Assembly: GCA_964016885.1 (NCBI GenBank)
Contig: OZ024743.1
Coordinates: 321,842,001-321,906,000 of the forward strand
Direction: 5' to 3'
DNA: 64,000 nt
Source: Eledone cirrhosa
Lineage: Eukaryota
Both the position numbers and the translations under genes were made by a program. The notes under the pieces were generated by a model that ran no database searches, was not told the DNA's origin, and saw nothing but the letters and a program-made list of their open reading frames with translations. This document shows, one piece after another, positions 61,621-64,000 of this stretch (within the stretch, counting starts at the first letter, position 1; every line of letters starts with the position of its first letter).

Positions 61621-64000
61621 ATGCATCCGTCCTATATGGGTAAAAGGACAGTGAAGGTACGCATTCCCAGCATCCCACCAGGAATGAACATATGGTGGCT
61701 GCTGGGATGCGTAATCGAGGAGGGGACAGAAACTACCCTCCTGGACATCAAAAGGACAGAGAGAGAGGACTGGTCCGGAATGGATTTGGAGATTCTTCTC
61801 CAAATGAAACCGGAGGATATGAATAACATCCCGGATTTTGCCCGCCTGCAGGACGGAACAACAATCCAACTAATGATTGACGGAAGAAGGCCACGCTGCT
61901 TCGTTTGCGGGGAAGCAACGCATCTTCAAGCCTTCTGCCCTCAGCGCAAAAATGCAGGGGTCGCAAACCTCCTTTGTTGCCAACGCCAGTGCCAGCACGG
62001 AAAGCTGCACCACCACCACGACCAAAAACAACATCAACAAAAACACGGACACCAACATCAAAAGCAGCCGGATCACCACCAACACCAAAACCAATCCAAG
62101 GAGAAAACGAGGAAAGCTCTCCCACTCCCCCTACCCCCCCCCCCCCCACAATTATACACATAGACAAAAAAATAAACACAAACACAGACACAGAGACACT
62201 CACAGACACAGACCCTTTGTCTTCCAGCAGCGAAGATGAAGGAAAACCCAAAAGTGCAAAAAAACAGAGAAAACTCACAAAAAAAAAAAGCCCCAACAAA
62301 ACACAAAAACACACACAACAAAAAATACAGACGCCACTAACGCAAACACTTCCCCAATAACATCATCACCAACAGCAACATCGACACCACCTCCACAATC
62401 CCCGAAACGCAAACAACCTAAACAAACACAAGTACAAATAAACACACAAATACCTGAAATTGCAGACACTACACCTACAACAAACATAGACGTACCCGAA
62501 ACAACACCACCAAAACCATCGCCACCACATTCACCAAAACGAAAACAAATAAAACCACACCAACAAAATGTTAAAAACTTCGTGCTTGTCAGAAGGGCCA
62601 ACGATAAACTGATGGCCCTCTTAGCGCGAAGCGAGGACATTCAAACAGAGGGGGAGATTTTTGAAATGAGCACATTTTGCGTGCCAGAAGATTTGCTTCT
62701 GGTCCGAATGATACTCAATTCCTTCAAAGAAATTCGAGAGAGCTTTCCTCAAGACGTGGGAACCACGACTGTGAAACCCATATCAAGACTTTTAAAGGGG
62801 TTCCCAAAAGAAACCCCACCAACCATGGAGGTCGAACCACCCGACCTTCACAAGACCCGGGAGGTAAGTAAACCTTTCCTCTCTCTCTCTTAGCTTACCA
62901 ATATGGCCATATTAAGAGTAGGAGGTTTAAATGTTCGCAGCCTGGGGTCACCCTGGAAGCAGGGTCGCCTGCTCAACGACCTCCGGTCGCCGGAAATGAA
63001 TGTGATTGCCGTAAGCGAGACCAGAATTTCCGACACGCGCGCACTAGCCCCCATTTTCGACGACTATCAGATCTTCGCATCTGTTAGCAGGCCGGGAATG
63101 GGGGGTGGGATGGCAGTGCTGTTTAGGAAAGGACTGGATCTCGAGGTAAGGTCGATCTTCCGGGACCCGGACGGTAAGTTGGTGGTCTTGGATGTGAGCA
63201 GTAGCGAAGGTGGTGCCTTTAGACTGCTGGCCGTCTACGCCCCTACAGGGGCCGGACGACCTGACTTCTTTAGGCGCCTGGAGACCTTTCTGGGTACGTC
63301 TCGCCCTTTACTGTTAGCGGGGGACTGGAATGGCATCTTGGACGCACGCTGGGATTGTGTGGGAGTAGCCGATAGGAGCAGGGGATGCAAAAGCCTCAAG
63401 CACCTACTCAGCCAGTTCCAACTGTCTGACAGGTATCGACTAGATTTCCCCAATGTGCTAGTATGGACATGGACCAACCGAATGGGGTCATCTAGATCGT
63501 ATATAGACAGGATCTTCATTAGGAAAATAGATAGAATTAGTGTGGGCTGTCCACTTTTTAAAACGGTTGCCTATTCAGACCACAAATTTGTGATCTGTAC
63601 GGTCGACCTAAATAAAATGCGTAGGTTAGGACCGGGTTACTGGAAGCTGAACATGTCATTTCCGGCACGTAAGGCTTACAGGGACCGAGTCAACAATTTA
63701 GTTAAGCAAAAGTTGACAGGGGGGATCATCAACAACAGATGGTGGGGGGCTCTCAAAAGAGAGATTAGAGTAACTTCGATAGAGTTCAGCAGAGAACTAG
63801 CGTTAGAGAAAAATAGAAAGGAGGGGGAGCTGGTAGATAAGTTAGACGAGGCTATTTATAGTGGCATCGCAACTGACGTGCTAGCGGCGAGAATGGCATT
63901 AGACCATTTCTTCAACGCCAAACACGAAGGTTGCATTGTCAGAGCTAAGGCGCGTGCGCTGAGAAACGAGGGAACTAAAGCTGTTCGATGGGCCCGCGTG
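61621..64000 (+). mobile_element. Tx1 copy 6 (third or fourth family), 5'-truncated within ORF1, runs off the window
   Basis: Begins directly after (ATT)n with PSYMGKRT; knuckle CFVCGEATHLQAFC; frameshifted ORF1 ends at 62893. Confidence 0.9.
62903..64000 (+). CDS. Tx1 copy 6 ORF2 N-terminus (AP endonuclease plus linker), partial
   Basis: MAILRVGGLNVRSLG..VSETR..VYAPTG..GDWN..YIDR..SDHK..GYWKLN; open to the window end. Confidence 0.9.
   Translation, partial: MAILRVGGLNVRSLGSPWKQGRLLNDLRSPEMNVIAVSETRISDTRALAPIFDDYQIFASVSRPGMGGGMAVLFRKGLDLEVRSIFRDPDGKLVVLDVSSSEGGAFRLLAVYAPTGAGRPDFFRRLETFLGTSRPLLLAGDWNGILDARWDCVGVADRSRGCKSLKHLLSQFQLSDRYRLDFPNVLVWTWTNRMGSSRSYIDRIFIRKIDRISVGCPLFKTVAYSDHKFVICTVDLNKMRRLGPGYWKLNMSFPARKAYRDRVNNLVKQKLTGGIINNRWWGALKREIRVTSIEFSRELALEKNRKEGELVDKLDEAIYSGIATDVLAARMALDHFFNAKHEGCIVRAKARALRNEGTKAVRWARV

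Overview
Eukaryotic, gene-free and transposon-dense DNA. The SINE families and (TA)n/(TATG)n load point to an octopod cephalopod (inference from memory, not database-checked). The window is dominated by six Tx1-clade (L1 group) non-LTR retrotransposons with a CCHC zinc-knuckle ORF1 and an APE-RT-zinc-finger ORF2, stacked head-to-tail in microsatellites. A (TTA)n-associated group lies on + (17704-30018 pair, plus 61621-end) and a (TCTA)n-associated group on - (47311-60586 trio). One copy (17704-23730) has both ORFs intact. In all five copies that retain the junction, a consensus 5' splice donor (G|GTRAGT) sits at the end of ORF1, 38-45 nt before the ORF2 ATG, followed by a pyrimidine tract, which suggests splicing-based control of ORF1/ORF2 expression. 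Other content: R4/Dong-like fragments in (TAA)n, CRE, RTE, Tigger, MULE and Helitron remnants, tRNA-SINEs, two minimal hammerhead ribozymes in Penelope-like context, long palindromes, a ~2.35-kb tandem repeat with LRR-like and tRNA-Ser remnants, and large micro/minisatellites. No intact host gene was found.
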